A stretch of 64,000 nucleotides of DNA. Origin: Mobula hypostoma (taxonomy: Eukaryota). A program made the translations under genes and the position numbers. Positions 1 to 12,645 of the stretch are shown here, in pieces. The first letter of the stretch is position 1. Every line of letters starts with the position of its first letter. Under the pieces are notes generated by a model. The model saw nothing but the letters and a program-made list of their open reading frames with translations, had not been told where the DNA came from and did no database searches. The stretch spans positions 39,744,001 to 39,808,000 of the forward strand of contig NC_086108.1 in NCBI RefSeq assembly GCF_963921235.1. Direction: 5' to 3'.

Positions 1-1710
1 ATTTGACATTGTGGCCCCTGCCCATCCCCCACATGAGCCATCTGTTGTCGGCCCCCAACCAACACATATTCCACTCTCCCCTCCTACCCCTTCTCACAGT
101 CCCCCACCCTGCTCTCATAACTATACCCCTTCCTCACATGAAACCTCCACGGTGGGCTTCACAGCTGAACAGGTGAGAAGACAGCTGAAACGTCTCAACC
201 CAAGCAAGGCTGCAGGACCGGATGGTGTCAGTACCAGGGTGCTCAAAGCCTGTGCCCCTCAGCTATGTGGAGTACTTCGCCATGTATTCAACCTGAGCCT
301 GAGGCTCCGGAGGGTTCCTGTGCTGTGGAAGATGTCCTGCCTCGTCCCTGTGCCGAAGATGCCGCGCCCCAGCGGCCTCAATGACTACAGACCGGTGGCA
401 TTGACCTCCCACATCATGAAGACCGTGGAGAGACTTGTTCTGGAGCTGCTCGGGCCTATGGTCAGGCCACACTTAGATCCCCTCCGTTTGCCTACCAGCC
501 CCGACTAGGAGTTGAGGATGCCATCGTCTACCTGCTGAACCGTGTCTACGCCCATCTGGACAAGCCAGCGAGCACAGTGAGGGTCATGTTTTTTGACTTC
601 TCCAGTGTGTTCAACACCATCTGCCCTGCTCTGCTGGGGGAGAAGCTAACAGCAATGCGGGTGGATGTTTCCCTGGTGTCATGGATTCTTGATTACCTGA
701 CTGGCAGACCACAGTGTGTGTGCTTGCAACACTGTGTGTCCGACAGAGTGATCAGCAGCACTGGGGCTCCACAGGGGACTGTCTTGTCTCCCTTTCTCTT
801 CACCATTTACACCTTGGACTTCAACTACGACACAGAGTCTTGTCATCTTCAGAAGTTTTCTGATGACTCTGCCATAGTTGGATGCATCAGCAAGGGAGAT
901 GAGGCTGAGTACAGGGCTACGGTAGGAAACTTTGTCACATGGTGTGAGCAGAATTATCTGCAGCTTAATGTGAATAAGACTAAGGAGCTGGTGGTAGACC
1001 TGAGGAGAGCTAAGGTACCGGTGACCCCTATTTCCATCCGGGGGTCAATGTGGACATGGTGGAGGATTACAAATACCTGGGGATATGAATTGACAATAAA
1101 CTGGACTGGTCAAAGAACACTGAGGCTGTCTACAAGAAGGGACAGAGCCATCTCTATTTCCTGTGGAGACTGAGGTCCTTTAACATCTGCTGGACGATGC
1201 TGAGGATGTTCTGCGAGTCTGTGGTGGCCAGTGCTATCATGTTTGCTGTTGTGTGCTGGGGCAGCAGGCTAAGGGTAGCAGACACCACCAGAATCAACAA
1301 GCTCATTCGTAAGGCCAGTGATGTTGTGGGGATGGAACTGAACTCTTTCACTGTGGTGTCTGAAAAGAGGATGCTGTCCAAGTTGCATGCCGTCTTGGTC
1401 AATGTCTCCCATCCACTACATAATGTACTGGTTGGGCACAGGAGTACATTCAGCCAGAGACTCATTCCACCGAGATGCAACACAGAGCGTCATAGGAAGT
1501 CATTCCTGCCTGTGGCCATCAAACTTTACAACTCCTCCCTTGGAGGGTCAGACACCCTGAGCCAATAGGCTGGTCCTGGACTTATTTCCTGGCATAATTT
1601 ACATATTACTATTTAACTATTTATGGTTCTATTCTTATTTATGGTGCAACTGTAATGAAAACCAATTTCCCCCGGGATCAATAAAGTATGACAATGAGAA
1701 TGACTATGAA
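1..1710 (+). mobile_element. Rex1/Babar-clade LINE, copy A (3' part; runs off window start)
   Basis: ORF fragments carry RT motifs KAAGPDGV, NDYRPVALTS, FFDFSSVFNTI, GAPQGTVLSPFLF, KFSDDSAI and the Rex1-type C-terminus (RKSFLPVAIKLYN). 3' UTR ends in AATAAA plus a degenerate (ATGACT)n tail. Near-identical to 30365-31974. Confidence 0.92.
11..1568 (+). pseudogene. Frameshifted reverse transcriptase ORF of Rex1/Babar copy A
   Basis: Split over ORFs 11..508, 577..1173 and 1197..1568. It aligns colinearly with the continuous 496-aa ORF at 30329..31819, with frameshifts near 487 and about 1045. Confidence 0.9.
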
Positions 1711-4510
1711 CAAAGTGGATGAGCTTAGAGGGTGGATCAGTACTTGGAGCTATTATGTTGTGGCCATTACAGAGACTTGGAGGGCTCAGGGGCAGGAATA
1801 GCTACTTAGTGTGTCAGGCTTTAGATGATGTTTCAGAAAGGACAGGGAGGGAGACAAAAGAGGCGGGGGCATGGCTCTACTGATCAAAGATGGTGTCACA
1901 GCTGCAGAAAAGGAGGAAGTCATGGAGGGATTGTCTACTGGGTGTCTGTGGGTGGAAGTTAGAAACAGGAAGGGGTCAATAACTCTACTGGGTGTTTTTA
2001 TAGACCACCCGTAGTAACAGGGACATAAAGGAGCAGATAGGGAGACAGATTCTGGAAAGGTGTAATAATAAAAGGGTTGTTGTGGTGGGAGATTTTAATT
2101 TCCCAAATATTGATTGGCATCTCCAGAGACCAAGGGGTTTAGATGGGGTGGAGTTTGTTAGATGTGTTCAGGAAGGTTTCCTGACACAATATGTAGATAA
2201 GCCTACAAGAGGAGAGGCTGTACTTGATCTGGTATTGGGAAGTGAATCAGGTCAGGTGTCAAGTCTCTCAGCGGGAGAGCACTTTGGAGATAGTGATCAC
2301 AATTCTATCTCTACCATAGCATTGGAGAGGGATAGGAACAGACAACTTAGGAAAGTGTTTAATTGGAGTAAGTGGAAATATGAGGCTATCAGGCAGGAAC
2401 TTGAAAGTATAAATTGGGAACAGATATTCTCAGGGAAATGTATGGCAGAAATGTGGCAAATGTTCAGGGGATATTTGAGTGGCGTTCTGCATAGGTACGT
2501 TCCAATAAGACAGGGAAAGGATGGTAGGGTACAGGAATCGTGGTGTACAAAGGCTGTTGAAAAACTAGTCAAGAAGAACAGAAAAGCTTCCGAGAGGTTC
2601 AAATAACAAGGTAATGATAGAGATCTAGAAGATTATAAGGCTAGCAGGAAGGAGTTTAAGAGTGAAATTAGGAGAGCCAGAAGGGGCCGTGAGAAGGCCT
2701 TGGCAAGCAGGATTAAAGAAAACCTCAAGGCATTCTACAAGTATGTGAAGAGCAAGAGGATAAGACATGAGAGAAAAGGCCAATCAATTGTGACAGTGGA
2801 AAAGTGTGTATGGAACCGGAGGAGATAGCAGAGGTACTTAATGAATACTTTGCTTCTGTATTCACTACGGAAAAGGATCTTGATGATTGTAAGGATGACT
2901 TACAGCAGATTGAAAAGCTTGAGCATACAGACATTAAGGAAGAGGATGTGTTGGAGCTTTTGGAAAGCATCAAGTTGGATAAGTCTCTGGGACTTGGAGG
3001 GGATGTACTCCAGGCTACTGTGGGAGCCAAGAGAGGAGATTGCTGAGCCTCGGGTAATGATCTTTGCATCATCATTGGGGAAAGAAGAGGTTCTGGAGGA
3101 TCGGAGAGTTGCAGATGTTGTTCCCTCATTCGAGAAAGGGAGTAGAGATAGCCCAGGAAATTGTAGACCAATGAGTCTTACTTCAGTGGTTGGTAAGTTG
3201 GTGGAAAAGATCCTGAGAGACAGGATTTATGAACATTTGGAGAGGCATAATATGATTAGGAATAGTCAGCATGGTTTTGTCAAAGGCAGGTCGTGCCTTA
3301 CGAGTCTGATAGAATTTTTTGAGGATGTGACTAAACATGTTGATGAAGGCAGAGTAGTAGATGTAGTTTATATGGATTTCAGCAAAGCATTTGATAAGGT
3401 ACCCCATGCAAGGCTTATTGAGAAAGTAAGGAGGCATGGGATCCAAGTGGACATTGCTTTGTGAATCCAGAACTGGTTTGCCCACAGCGGGCAAAGAATG
3501 GTTGTTGACAGGTTATATTCTGCATGGAGGTCGCTGACCAGTGGTGTGCCTCAGGGATCTGTTCTGGGACCCTCATAAATGACCTGGATGAGGAAGTGGA
3601 GGGATGGGTTAGTAAATTTGCTGATGACACAAAGGTTGGGCGTGTTATGGATAGCATGGAGGGCTGTCAGAGGTTACAGCAGGACTTTGCTAGGATGTAA
3701 AACTGGGCTGAGAAGTGGGAGATGGCGTTCAACCCAGGTAAGTGTGAGGTGGTTCATGTTGGTAGGTCAAATATGATGGCAGAATATAGTATTAATGGTA
3801 AGACTCTTGGCAGTGTGGAGGATCAGAGGGATCTTGGGGTCCAAGTCCATAGGACACTCAAAGCTGCTGCACTGGTTGACTCTGTGGTTAAGAAGACGTA
3901 TGGTTCATTGGCCTTCTTCAACTGTGGAATTGAGTTTAAGAGCCGAGAGGTAATGTTACAGTATATAGGACCCTGGTCAGACCCCATTTGGAGTACTGTG
4001 CTCAGTTCTGGTTGCCTCACTATAGGAAGGATGTGGAAACTATAGAAAGGGTGCAGAGGAGATTTGCAAGGATGTTTCCTGGATTGGGGGGCATGCCCTA
4101 TGAGAATAGGTTGAGTGAACTCAGCCTTTTTTCCTTGGAGCGGTGGAGGATGAGAGGTAACCTGATAGAGGTGTATAAGATGATGAGAGGCATTGATTGT
4201 GTGGATATTCAGAGGCTTTTTCCCAGGGCTGAAATGGCTAACACAGGAGGGCACAGTTTTAAGTTGCTTAGAAGTAGGTACGGAGGAGATGTCAGGGGTA
4301 AGTTTTTTATGTAGAAAGTGGTGAGTGCATGGAATAGGCTGCCGGCAATGGTGGTGGAGGCAGATATGATAGGGTCCTTTAAGAGACTCTTGAATGAGTA
4401 CATGGAGCTTTGAAAAATAGAGGGGTAATTTCTAAAGTAAGTACATATTTGCACAGCATTGCAGGCCAAAGGGCCTGTATTGTGCTGTAGGTTTTCTATG
4501 TTTCTATGTT
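1711..4510 (+). mobile_element. CR1 LINE, near-complete degenerate ORF2 (AP endonuclease + RT) and 3' tail
   Basis: Endonuclease motifs VAITETW, GDFNFPNIDW, LDLVLG, GDSDHNS; RT motifs SQHGFVKGRSCLTSL, YMDFSKAFDKVPH, KFADDTK; (TTTCTATG)n-type tail at about 4492-4510. Multiple stops and frameshifts. Starts abruptly at the Rex1 tail, consistent with Rex1 having inserted into it. Confidence 0.93.
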
Positions 4511-4544
4511 ATGCCGTCTTGCATGCCTCCACATCTTTACTTGC

Positions 4545-5005
4545 ATGCAGTGCTCCAAAAGTGGCCTAACTAGAGTTTTACACAGATGGGCAACGTGACT
4601 TCCTGACTTTTAAGCTCAGCACTGACAAAGCCAATTTTGTATAGCCACCTTTGTTAACTACTTTTGCTTTGCCACTTCTAGGGGGCTAGGGACTTGCACC
4701 CCCAAATCCTTCTATATATCAATGCTCCTGAGGGTCCTGCAGTTTACTGTATGTTTTTCGTTTACATTTGATCTTCCAGACTGTTACACCTCACAGTTTT
4801 ATTAAACTCCTGTATTACTCCACACAAATCTCTAGCTGGTTGACATCCCGCAGTATCTTTTGACAACTTTCTTCCCTCTCCAGAACTTCAATTTTTGTGT
4901 CTTCTGTAAACTTAATAATTCCTGCTATATATCCATCCACATCATTTCCGTATATCTCAAACAACAGAGGTCCCTGCACTGATCCTTCTGGAGCATCATT
5001 GTTTG
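4545..5005 (-). mobile_element. Degenerate CR1 RT fragment
   Basis: Reverse complement resembles the CR1 PQGSVLGPLLF / KFADDTK / RDLGVQV / LVRPLLE region. Confidence 0.65.
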
Positions 5006-5211
5006 TAAATAATCATCCACAAGAATCAATTTTGTTGTGATCCTCTGTTCCTGGTTGTGTATGCCATTTTTCTTGTGAAGCATGAGTGAGTTCCATAATG
5101 TGAAGTTGATGCCAAAAGAAATAGTTTTGAGCTTTTGAGTACATTGTATGTCTGATCTTTCAGTTAGACTGTGCTTTGAGGTTCTTCAATGAAATACTAA
5201 TGGTCAAATCT

Positions 5212-5333
5212 GTTACTTTCTCTTCTATCAGTTAGTCCTGACGAAGGGTCTAGGCCCAAAACGTCATCTGTACCTGTTCCTATAGATGCTGCCTGGCCTG
5301 CTGCGTTCACCAGCATTTTGTGTATGTGTTGCT
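5212..5333 (+). mobile_element. Penelope-like element 3' terminal fragment with degenerate hammerhead motif
   Basis: AGTC-CTGACGA-AGGGTCTAGGCCC-AAAAC-GTC at 5234-5265, followed by the conserved AGATGCTGCCTGGCCTGCTGCGTTCACCAGCA block shared with the GIY-YIG-bearing element at 24227-24971. Confidence 0.85.
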
Positions 5334-5374
5334 GGTAATGCAGAATGGACTGATTTTTAAGATTCTGCAAATTA

Positions 5375-6630
5375 TTTAGTGAGACATCTGGATATAAGTG
5401 GTTCCATCAGGCAGACAGCATAGATTCATGAAAGACAAGTCCTGTTTGACAAACTCATTGGAGTTTTTTTAGGATATAATGAGCACAGTGGATAGAGGGG
5501 AACAGTTGGATGTTGTATGTTTGGATTTCCATAAGGCATTCAATAATGTGCCACATAAAAGACTTGTCCACTAGATAAAGTTGCAAGGAGTTGGAGGTAA
5601 TGTATTAGCATGGAGAGAGAAGATTGTTTAACCAACAGAAGACAGAATTGAGATAAATGGGTGCTACTCTGGTTGGCAATCAGTAGAGAGGGAATGCTGC
5701 AGGGGTTTGTGCTGGGCCCACAACTATTCACAATATACATTAACAATTTGGAAGAGGGGACTGATGCTGATGACAATAAATTGAGTGGTAAAGTAAATAG
5801 TGTCAGCAGACATAAGTAGATAGGTTAAGTGAGTGGGCAAGGGTCTGGCAGATGGAGTACAATGTTGGAAGGAAAACCAGTTTATTATTTAAATAGGAAA
5901 GATCGCAGCTTGCTGTTGCGTGGAGGGACTTCAGAGTGCTTGTGCATGAATTACAAATGGTTGGTTTGTAGGTACAACTGGTTATCAAGAAGGCAATTAG
6001 AATATTGCCCTTTGTTACTAGAGGGATTGAATTTAAAAACATGGAGGTTATGCTACAACTGTGCAGGGTACTGGTGAGCCAGTTCCTGAAGTACTGCAAG
6101 CATCTCCTATCTCCTCACTTGAGGAAGAATATATCTGCTTTGCAGGGTGTGCACTGAAGATTCACCAGGTTGATTCTGGAGATGAGTGGGTTAGCCTATG
6201 AGGAAGATTGAATATCCTGGGACTGTACTCACTGGAATTCAGAAGAATGAGAGGATTTTACAGAAACATAAAATTATGAAAGGGATAGATAAGATAGTGA
6301 CAAGAAAGTTGTTCCTACTGGTAAGTGAGACTAGAACTAGATGACATAGCCTTAAGATTCAGGGCTATGATTTAGGACTGAGATGAGGAGGAACTGCTTT
6401 TCACAGAGGTTAGTGAACTTATGGAATTCTGTGCCCAGGAAACAATTTAGGCTATCTCATTAAGTATATTAGATAGATTTTTGCATTGCAGTGGAATTAG
6501 CGGTTATGGGGAAAAGACTGGTAGGTGGAGCTGAGACCATGGCCGGATCAGCAATGATCTTATTGAATGGTGGAGCAGGCTCGATGGGCCAGATGGTCTA
6601 CTCCGCTTATTTCTTACATTCTGATGTTCT
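5375..6630 (+). mobile_element. Degenerate CR1 LINE 3' half
   Basis: Remnants of QHGF...KSCLTNL, LDFHKAFN.VPH, VLGPQLF; CR1 3' UTR TTGAATGGTGGAGCAGGCTCGATGGGCC and short tandem tail at about 6610-6630. Confidence 0.85.
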
Positions 6631-6724
6631 TGTGTATTTGTTACATTGGCATATGCAAGTTGTCTGTTTGTATAAGTGCTTTTGTTACTGTTTATCAAGA
6701 CATGGAGCATCAATAGTTCCCCTC

Positions 6725-6935
6725 CAAGTCACACGTCATCCTGACTTGGAAGTATGTCATGTGTCCTTTATTGTCACAGTTCTGAATCCTGGAGCTGCCT
6801 GCCCAATGACTATGGGTAGAGCTTTACTAGAAGCATTGCAGGGTTCTAGAATGTGGCTCACCACTGAGGGCATTAAGAGATGGGCAATAAAAGCCCACCT
6901 TGCTAGTAGCACAAAGATTCTGTAAACAAACATAT
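6725..6935 (+). mobile_element. Old LINE 3' end (CR1/L2-group; family uncertain)
   Basis: CATCCTGACTTGGAA...GGCTCACCAC...GATGGGCAATAAA...CCTTGCTAG resembles a common elasmobranch LINE tail as I recall it; heavily diverged. Confidence 0.45.
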
Positions 6936-8252
6936 AAAACAAAAACTTGAGTGTGGTCTGGAAACTGTAATCTTTGTCAAATCAAGCATTTCTTCACCCA
7001 CCTCACATGATTTCAACAATGAGCTGCCACAGCAAAATAAGATGTTTTCATGTTGTTAAATGAAACGCATCCTTTATTGGAACCTTGTGCTCATATGATG
7101 CACATTCATGTTATGTTGATTGACGACAATCTGGACAGCTTTGTGTATTTGCAGTGTTCTTGATTGCAAATCTAAACTAAAGTGTCAATTACTTTGTGCA
7201 GGGCTTGGATTCTGAATTTTAAACACTCAGAGCAGTCCTTCACTCTGCTGTTGTTTAAGCTGTGTGGGTAACTCATAAGATTCTACTGTATTGAGAGAAA
7301 AAGTAAAGGTCCTCGGTGTAACTTGACTTAGTAGAAGCAGAGATATTCTCAAAACTACGTTATTGAAGTAGCAGGCAGCGAAAGCTAGTGTTTTTAATTT
7401 GAGGTGTAATGCAACTTGCATCTGTATTCATATCCTGTTTACAAATGGAGTTTGTAACTCTTTCTTCTGAACCACTGTTGAAGTTTCAATGCTTTAGATC
7501 ACTAAAGTGTGTCTGACACTCCAGATATAAATATGTTGGCACATGTTAAAGATAGCAAGGCACAATAGCAAAGAAGGCATGGAGTTGATGCTCAATTACC
7601 AAAATGGCATCTGATCATTATTGCCTTGTTGATTGAGGAGTTTGTTATTGGCAAATAGGTTGCTGTGTTTCTTACTTAACAGCAATGACTATATTTCAAA
7701 AACATTAATCAATTACATAAAGTTGTCTTTTCTGTTCTTGTACAAAATCTTTGATTGAGACTGTAAGACTATAAGACATAGGAGAATTAGATCATTCAGT
7801 CCATTTAGTCATGGCTGATCCATTTTCCTCTCAACCCCATTCACCTGCCTTCCTCCTTTTACCTTTCATCCCAGACTTAACATGAATCTATCAACGTTCA
7901 GATTAAGTGTGCCCAATGACCTGGTCTCCACTACAGCCTGTGGCAACTGATTCCACTGATTCACCACCCTCTGGCTTTAAAAAAAAAATTCTAATTTCCA
8001 TTCTAAATGGACATCCCTCTATTCGAATGTCCCACTTTTGGAAGGATCCTCTCTACATCCACTGTATCTAGGCCTCTGAATATTTGATTGGTTTCAATGA
8101 GTTTTCTCTCCTCTTTCCCCCTCCCCTTTCTAAATTCCAGTGAGTCCAGGACAAAAGCCATCAAACACTCCTCAAATAAAAGCCACTTTTCACAGAATCA
8201 TTTTCATGACCTCCTTTGAACTCTCTCCAATGTCAGCACATCCTTTCTTAGA

Positions 8253-10042
8253 TACATAAAGTGTAAAAGAGAGGTGAAAGTGGATATTAGACTGCTGGAA
8301 AATGATGCTGGAGAGGTTGTAATAGAAGGACAATGAAATAGCGGACGAACTGAATAAGTAGTTTGCACCATTCTTCACGATGGAAGACGCCAGCAGTGTG
8401 GTGTAAGTTCCAGGTGTCAGGGGTGACAAAGTTTGTGAAGTTACCATGACAAATGAGAAGATTCTTGGGAAACTGAAAGATCTGAAGGTAGATCAGTCAC
8501 CTGGACCAGATGGTGTACACCTTCTGACGGAGGTGGTTGAAGAGATTACGGAGGCATTAATAAAGATCTTTCAAGAATCACTAGGTTCTGGAATGGTTCT
8601 AAAAGACTAGAAAATTGCAAATGTCACTCCATTCTTCAAGAAGGGAAAGGGGTTGAAGAAATGAAACTATAGGCCAGTTAGTTTGACCTTAGTGGTGGCG
8701 AAGATGCTGGAGTTGATTACTAAGGATGAGGTCTCAGGGCACTTGAAGGCACATAATAAAATAGGCCATAGACAGCATGGTTTCCTCAAGGGAAATTTCT
8801 TGCCTGACATATCTATTGGAATTCTTTGAGATAGACAAAGGGGAATCAGTTGATGTTGTGTACTTGGATTTTAAGAAGGCCTTTAACAAGGTGCCACACA
8901 CAAGGCTGTTTACCAAGCTACGAGCCCATGGTATGACAGGAGAGATTCTAGCATGGATAAAGCAGTGGCTGATTGGCAGGAGACAAAGTGTGGGAATGAA
9001 GGGAGCCTTTTTAGGTTGGCTGCTGGTGAATAGTGATGTTCCACAGAGATCTGTGTTGGGACCGATTCTTTTTACGTTATACGTCAACGATTTGGATGAT
9101 GGAATTGATGGCTTTGTTGCAAAGTTTACAGACGATATGAAGATAGGTGGAGGGGCGGGTAGTTTTGAGGAAGTAGAGAGGCTACAGAAGGACAGTCAGG
9201 TTTGGAGAATGGGCAAAGAAATAGCAGACGGAATACAGTGTTGGGAAGTGTATCGTCATGCACTTGGGTAGAAGAAATGAAAGGGTTAACTATTTTCTAA
9301 ATGGAGAGAAAATACAAAAACCTAGGTGCAAAGGGACTTGGAGTCCTTGTGCAGGATTTCCTAAAGGTTAATTTGCAGGTTGAGTCAGTGGTAAGGAAGG
9401 CAAATACGATGTTTGCATTCATTTTGAGAGGACTAGATTGTAAAAGCAAGGATACAATGCTGTGACTTTATAAAGCACTGGTGATGCCTTAGTTGGAGTA
9501 TTGTGAACAGTTTTGAGCCCCATTTCTTAGAAAGGATGTGCTGAAACTGGAGAGGGTTCAAAGGAGGTTCATGAAAATGATTCCAGGATTAAACAGCTTG
9601 TCATATGAAGAGTGCTTTGATGGCTTTGAGCCTGTATTCTCTGGAATTCAGAATAATGAGTGACCTCATTGAAACCTATTGATTGGTGAAAGGCCATGAT
9701 AGAATGATGTGGAGAGATGTTTCCTATGGTGGGAGAGTCTAACACTGGAGGGCACAGCCTCAAAATAGAGAGGTGTTCTTTTAAAACAGAGATGGGAGGA
9801 ATTTCTGTAGCCAGAGAGTGGTGAATCTGTGGAATTCTTTGCCGCAGGCAGCTGTGCAGGCCGAATCATTATGTATGTTTATGGCAGAGGCTGATAAATT
9901 CTTGATTGGTCAGGGCATGAAGGGATAAGGGGAGAAAGCAGGAGATTGGGGCTGAGAGGGAAATTGGATCAGCCATGATGAAATGGTGGAGCAGGCACGA
10001 TGGGCCAAATGGCCTAATTCTGCTTCTATATCTTATGGTCTT
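8253..10042 (+). mobile_element. 5'-truncated CR1 LINE nested in opposite orientation inside the 7758-14280 CR1
   Basis: ORF 8777..9271 (YLDFKKAFNKVPH, VPQRSVLGPILF, KFTDDMKIGG); tail TCTTATGGTCTTA at about 10030-10042. Host sequence resumes at AAGGGGCCAAAACT. Confidence 0.9.
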
Positions 10043-11582
10043 ACAAGGGGCCAAAACTACTCGCATTACTCCAAGTGAGACCTTACCAGTGCCTTTAAAA
10101 CGTCTCAGCATTTTATTCTTGTTTTTCTATTCTATTTCTCTCAAAATGAATGCTAACATTTCATTTGCCTTCCTCACTAGTGACTCAACCTGCAAGTTAA
10201 CTTATAAAGAATCCTGGATGAGGACTCCCAAGTCCTTTTGCATGTTGGATTTTGGGTTTTTGATTTTCCTCCCTGTTTAAAAATAGTCTAAGCTTTTATC
10301 CTACTTGCCAAAGTGCATGACCATAAACTCTCTGACACTGTGTTCCATCTACCACTTGCTTGCCCATCTTCCTAATCAAAGTCCTTCTGCAGCCTCCCTG
10401 CCTCCTCAACACTATCTCCCCCTCCACCTATCTTCATATCATTTGCAAACACCCACAAAGCCATCAATTCTATCATGTAAGTCATTGACATATAATGGAA
10501 AAAGAAGTGGTCCCAACACTGACCCCTGCGGAATACCACCAGTCACTGGCCTCCAATCAGTAAAGGCTCTCTGTACATTCTTTGCCTCCTGCCAATCAGC
10601 CAATGCTCTATCCATGCAAGGATCTTTCCTGCAATACCATAGGTCTTAGTAAGCAGCCTCATGTGCGGCACCATGTCTAAAGCTTTCTGAAAATCACACC
10701 ATCAAATGATTCTCCTTTGTCTATCCTGCTTGTTATTTCTTCAAAGAATTTCAACAGATTTGACAGGCAAGATTTTCCCCTTGAGGAAATCATGTTGCCT
10801 TTGGCCCACTTTATCATATGCCTCTAAGTACCCCGAAACATCATCCTTAACAATTGACTCCAACATCTTTCCAACCAGTAAGGTCTGGGTAACTGGCCTG
10901 TAATTTCCTTCTTCTGCCTCCCTCCGCCTCCCTCCTTTCTTGAAGAATGAAATGATATTTGAAGTTTTCCGGTCCTCCAGAACCATGCCGGAATATAGTG
11001 GCTTTTGAAGTAACTTTAATGTCTGCACAGTCTCTTTCAGAACCCTGAGGTGTAGTGCATCTGGCCCAGGTGACTTATCTACCTTCAGACTTTTCAGTTT
11101 CCCAAGCACCTTCTCCCTAGTAATAGCAAGTGGACTCACTTCTGCGCCCTGACACTCTTGCTAGTGAAGACTAATACAAAATACTTATTCAGCCCATCCA
11201 TCATTTCTTTGTCCCCCATTATTACGTCTCCAGTGTGGTTTTCCAGTGATCTGCTATCTACTTTTGCTTCTCTCTTACTCTGTATATCTGGAAAAAAACT
11301 TCCGATATCCTCTTTGATGTTATTGGTTAGCTTACCTTCATATTTCATCTTTTCCCTCCATATGGCTTTTTTAGTTGGCTTCTGTTGGTTTTTAAAAGCT
11401 TTCCAATCCTCTAACATCCCACTTTTTTTTTGCTCTATTATATGCCCTCTCTTTTGCTTTTGTGTTGGCTTTGACTTCTTTGTCAGCCATGGTTGTGTCT
11501 CCTGCCTTTAGAATACTTCTTTGGGATTTATCTATCTTGCCACTTCCGAATTTCTCCCAGATTCTTCAGCTGTTGTTGTTTT

Positions 11583-12645
11583 GTCAAGTCAAGTCAAGTC
11601 ACTTTTTATTGTCATTTCTACCATAACTGCTGGTACAGTACACGGTAAAAACGAGACAATGTTTTTCAGGACCATGGTGCTACGTGAAACAATACAAAAA
11701 CTACACTGAACTACCTAAAACAACACAAAATGACACTAGACTACAGACCTACCCAGGACTGCATAAAGTGCACAAAACAGTGCAGGCATTACAATAAATA
11801 ATAAACAAGACAATAGGCACAGTAGAGGGCAGTAGGTTGGTGTCAGTCTAGGTTCTGGATATTGAGGAGTCTGATGGCTTGGGGGAAGAAATTTACATAG
11901 TCTGGTCGTGAGAGCCCGAATGCTTCGGTGCCTTTTGTCAGATGGTAGGAGGGAGAAGAGTTTGTATGAAGGGTGCATGGGGTCCTTCATAATGCTGTTT
12001 GCTTTGCGGATGCAGCGTGTGGTATAAATGTCTGTAGTGGCGGGAAGAGAGACCCTGATGATCTTCTCAGCTGACCTTACTACCTGCTGCAGGGTCTTGC
12101 AATCCGAGATGGTGCAATTTCCGAACCAGGCAGTGATGCAGCTGCTCAGGATGCTCTCACTACAACCTCTGTAGAATGTGGTGAGGATGGGGGGGGTGGG
12201 AGATGGACTTTTCTCAGCCTTCGCAGAAAGTAGAGATGCTGCTGGGCGTTCTTTGCTGTGGAGCTGGTGTTGAGGGACCAGGTGAGATTCTCCACCAGGT
12301 GAACACCAAGAAATTTGGTGCTCTTAACGATCTCTATGGAGGAGTCGTCGATTTTCAGCGGAGAGTGGTCGCTCCGTGTTCTCCTGAAGTCAACAATCAT
12401 CTCTTTTGTTTTGTTCACATTCAGAGATGGGTTGTTGGCTCTGCACCAGTCTGTTTGCCGCTGCACCTCCTCTCTGTATGCTGACTCATCGTTCTTGCTG
12501 ATGAGACCCACCATGGTCGTGTGATCAGCGAACTTGATGATGTGGTTCAAGCTGTGTGTTGCAGCACAGTCGTGGGTCAGCAGAGTGAACAACAGTGGAC
12601 TGAGCACACAGCCTGTGCTGGTGATGTCTCCCTCCCAGATGCGTT
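11583..12645 (-). mobile_element. 5'-truncated Rex1/Babar-type LINE (different family from copies A/B)
   Basis: ORF 12146..12676 (-) has GCVLSPLLFTLLTHDC, KFADHTT, LNVNKTKEMIVDFRR, FLGVHL, LYFLRRLRK; (TTGAC)n tail seen as GTCAAGTCAAGTCAAGTC at 11583-11600. Confidence 0.9.
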